Shown one piece after another: positions 61,610-64,000 of a DNA stretch of 64,000 nucleotides; positions within the stretch are counted from its first letter, which is position 1; each line of letters opens with the position of its first letter. Below the pieces are notes generated by a model that searched no databases, had not been told where the DNA came from, and was given only the letters and a program-made list of their open reading frames with translations. The stretch lies in the NCBI GenBank assembly GCA_034521615.1, contig JAXHME010000022.1:723-64722 (forward strand), read 5' to 3'. Source of the stretch: Halobacteriales archaeon. GTDB taxonomy: Archaea > Halobacteriota > Halobacteria > Halobacteriales > Hikarchaeaceae. The translations under genes and the position numbers were made by a program.

Positions 61610-62585
61610 ATGGCGGCCTCGAGTGCGCCGGGCAAGGTCTACCTCTTCGGCGAACACGCCGTCGTGTACGGCGAGCCCGCCGTCCCCTGTGCCATCGAGC
61701 GCCGGGCCCGGGCGACGGTCGAGCCCCGCGACGATGGCCGCGTCCGCGTCGAGGCGGCCGCGCTGCCCCTCGGGGGCGGGGCGATCGAGTATGACGTGGG
61801 TGGCGAGGGGGCATCCGAGGCCGGACCCGAGGCCCGACGAGCGCTGCGCTATGTCGACGGCGCGCTGGCGGCGGCCCGCGAGGCCGCCGACGCGCCGGGG
61901 GCCGGCTTCGAGGTCACGCATCGAGAGCGAGCTCCCCATCGGCGCGGGGCTCGGCTCCTCGGCGGCCGTGACGGTCGCGGTGCTCGACGCTGCCGCCCGC
62001 GCCGCGGGCCAGACGCTCGACCGTGACGCGCTGGCCGACCGGGCGTACCGCGTCGAACGCGAGGCCCAGGGCGGCGAGGCCTCGCGGGCGGACACGTTCT
62101 GTGCCGCCACCGGCGGGGCGGTCCGCGTCGAGGGCGACGACTGTCGAGCGATCGGCGCGCCGTCGCTCCCGTTCGTGATCGGCTACGACGGCGGCTCGGG
62201 CGACACCGGCGAGCTGGTCGCCGGCGTCCGCGAGCTCGCCGGCGACTACCCGTTCGCCGCGGACACCGTCGCCGCGATCGGCGACCTGGTCAGAGAGGGC
62301 GAGGGCGTGCTCGCCGACGGCGACCTCGCCGAGCTCGGCCGGCTGATGGACGTCAACCACGGCCTGCTGTCGGCGCTCGGCGTCTCCGCGCGGAGCCTCG
62401 ACGAGATGGTCTGGGCGGCCCGCGAGGCCGGCGCGCTGGGCGCGAAGCTCACCGGGGCCGGCGGCGCCGGCTGCATCGTCGCCCTGGACGAGAGCGATGC
62501 GGTCGAGCGGGCCCTTGAGGCCACCCCGGCGTGCGAGTCGGTGTTCCGGGCCGAACTGGACGAGGAGGGGGTCCGGCCAGCGTGA
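61610..62585 (+). CDS. mvk: Mevalonate kinase; 1-bp frameshift near 61920
   Basis: APGKVYLFGEHAVVYG in one frame; ELPIGAGLGSSAA and KLTGAGGAG in another. Confidence 0.93.
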
Positions 62586-63316
62586 CGGTCGTCCTGAAGC
62601 TCGGGGGGAGCGTCATCACCGAGAAGGACCGGCCCCAGACCGTCGACGACGCTGGCCTCACGGCCGCAGCCGACGCCATCGCGACCGCGGCCATCGACCG
62701 GCTCGTGGTGGTCCACGGCGGCGGCTCGTTCGGCCATCCGGCCGCCGCCAGCTATGGCGTCACGGAGACCGCGGGGACCTACGACGTCGAGGCGATCCGC
62801 GAGATCCACGGCGCGATGCGCCAGCTCAGTGATGCCGTCGTCGGTCGGCTGGCCGACGCGGGCGTCCCCGCTGTCCCGATCCACCCGTCCTCTGGGGCGG
62901 TCCGGAGCGCGGACGGCTCGCTCACGCTGGCCACCGACGTCGTCGAGATGGTGCTCGACGAGGGCTTCGTGCCGGTGCTGCACGGTGACGGGGTGGTGAC
63001 CGCCGGTGCGGGGGTCACCGTCCTGAGCGGTGACGAGATCGTGACGTCCCTCGCCGGCACCCTGGGGGCCGAGCGGGTCGGCCTGTGCACGACGGTCCCC
63101 GGCGTGCTCGACGACGGCGGTGACGTCATCGGCCGGATCGAGGCCTTCGAGGACGTGGCGGCGTCCGTCGGCCAGAGCGAGGCCACGGACGTCACGGGCG
63201 GGATGGCGGGCAAGGTCCGGGCCCTGCTCGAGCTCTCGATGCCGGCGCATGTCTTCGGCCTCGGAGAGCTACAGGCGTTTCTCGACGGCGAGGAGCCCGG
63301 CACGCGCGTCGGCTGA
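62582..63316 (+). CDS. ipk: Isopentenyl phosphate kinase
   Basis: GTG at 62582; LKLGGSVITEK, VHGGGSFGH, LSGD, DVTGGMAGK. Confidence 0.92.
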   Translation: MTVVLKLGGSVITEKDRPQTVDDAGLTAAADAIATAAIDRLVVVHGGGSFGHPAAASYGVTETAGTYDVEAIREIHGAMRQLSDAVVGRLADAGVPAVPIHPSSGAVRSADGSLTLATDVVEMVLDEGFVPVLHGDGVVTAGAGVTVLSGDEIVTSLAGTLGAERVGLCTTVPGVLDDGGDVIGRIEAFEDVAASVGQSEATDVTGGMAGKVRALLELSMPAHVFGLGELQAFLDGEEPGTRVG

Positions 63317-63549
63317 AGCGTGGCGCAAACCGGGAGACTGGTTGCCGGCTCACCGGCTCCGAGCGGGCCGATCCAGCATCGACGGTCGGCGCGAACGTTT
63401 CAGACACTTTTTAAGAGTGCGGACCAAAGCCGCAGGTAACCGAGCGTCAAGTCGCCCAGGGAACTGATCGTGGGCGCTGGCGAGCCTCTGGCTCTGCCGA
63501 CGTCTGCTTTCGACGGTTCGTTCGGGCGGCTCCTCTCGGAGCGACAACC

Positions 63550-64000
63550 ATGGAAATCGAAATCGCAACTATCGGCGGCTACGAGGAGGTCGGCCGGCAG
63601 ATGACTGCCGTGCGGGCCGGGGACGAGATCGTCATCTTCGACATGGGGCTGAACCTGTCGAAGGTCCTCATCCACGACGACGTGGAGACCGAGCGGATGC
63701 ACAGCCTCGACCTGATCGACATGGGGGCAATCCCCGACGACCGCGTGATGAGCCAGCTGGAAGGCGACGTGAAGGCCATCGTGCCGACCCACGGCCACCT
63801 CGACCACATCGGGGCCATCTCGAAGCTCGCCCACCGGTACGACGCGCCCGTCATCGCGACGCCGTTCACCATCGAGCTGACGAAACAGCAGATCCAGTCC
63901 GAGAGCAAGTTCAACGTCGAGAACGACCTCATCAAGATGGACGCCGGCGAATCGACGAGCCTGTCCGACCGCTTGGAGCTCGAGTTCGTCAACGTCACCC
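63550..64000 (+). CDS. rnj: Ribonuclease J (partial, runs off the window)
   Basis: [20 protein letters not shown]...FDMG...THGHLDHIG (HxHxDH). Absent from the ORF track because there is no stop codon. Confidence 0.92.
   Translation, partial: MEIEIATIGGYEEVGRQMTAVRAGDEIVIFDMGLNLSKVLIHDDVETERMHSLDLIDMGAIPDDRVMSQLEGDVKAIVPTHGHLDHIGAISKLAHRYDAPVIATPFTIELTKQQIQSESKFNVENDLIKMDAGESTSLSDRLELEFVNVT

Noticed and set aside
61905-61930. Programmed frameshift in mvk
   Set aside because: No slippery heptamer, and the same indel pattern appears in many unrelated genes, so sequencing error is more parsimonious.
1-64000. CRISPR array, cas genes, rRNA, transposase or integrase
   Set aside because: I saw no regularly spaced 25-40 bp repeats, rRNA-like tracts, or DDE/tyrosine-recombinase motifs.

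Overview
This is a 64-kb window of a very GC-rich haloarchaeal (Halobacteria) chromosome, judged from the acidic proteins, a Tat/PGF-CTERM surface protein, and the archaeal rps13-rps4-rps11-rpoD-tRNA-Leu-rpl18e-rpl13-rps9-rpoN-rpoK-eno-rps2-mvk-ipk-rnj superoperon. About 1-17.5 kb is an accessory, visibly less GC-rich mosaic. It holds about six toxin-antitoxin (TA) modules or remnants in 6.4 kb, an ArdC-like gene, a translationally coupled AddB/AddA-like nuclease-helicase pair, stress genes, and a fused Ku-like/DNA-ligase remnant. Its modules are repeatedly separated by a same-strand AAC(C)GGC-like motif, suggesting cassette-wise accretion (hypothesis). About 17.5-49 kb is mixed metabolism: a divergent AhcY paralogue, an amidohydrolase-fold protein plus Rieske ferredoxin resembling amidohydrolase-related dinuclear oxygenases, and a cluster of ArcE-like P-loop enzyme, ADP-forming acyl-CoA synthetase and AMP phosphorylase. 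About 49-64 kb is core housekeeping with two tRNAs. Many small indels, even in essential mvk, point to long-read consensus errors, so frameshift calls are provisional. All calls come from motif recognition by eye; no searches were run.
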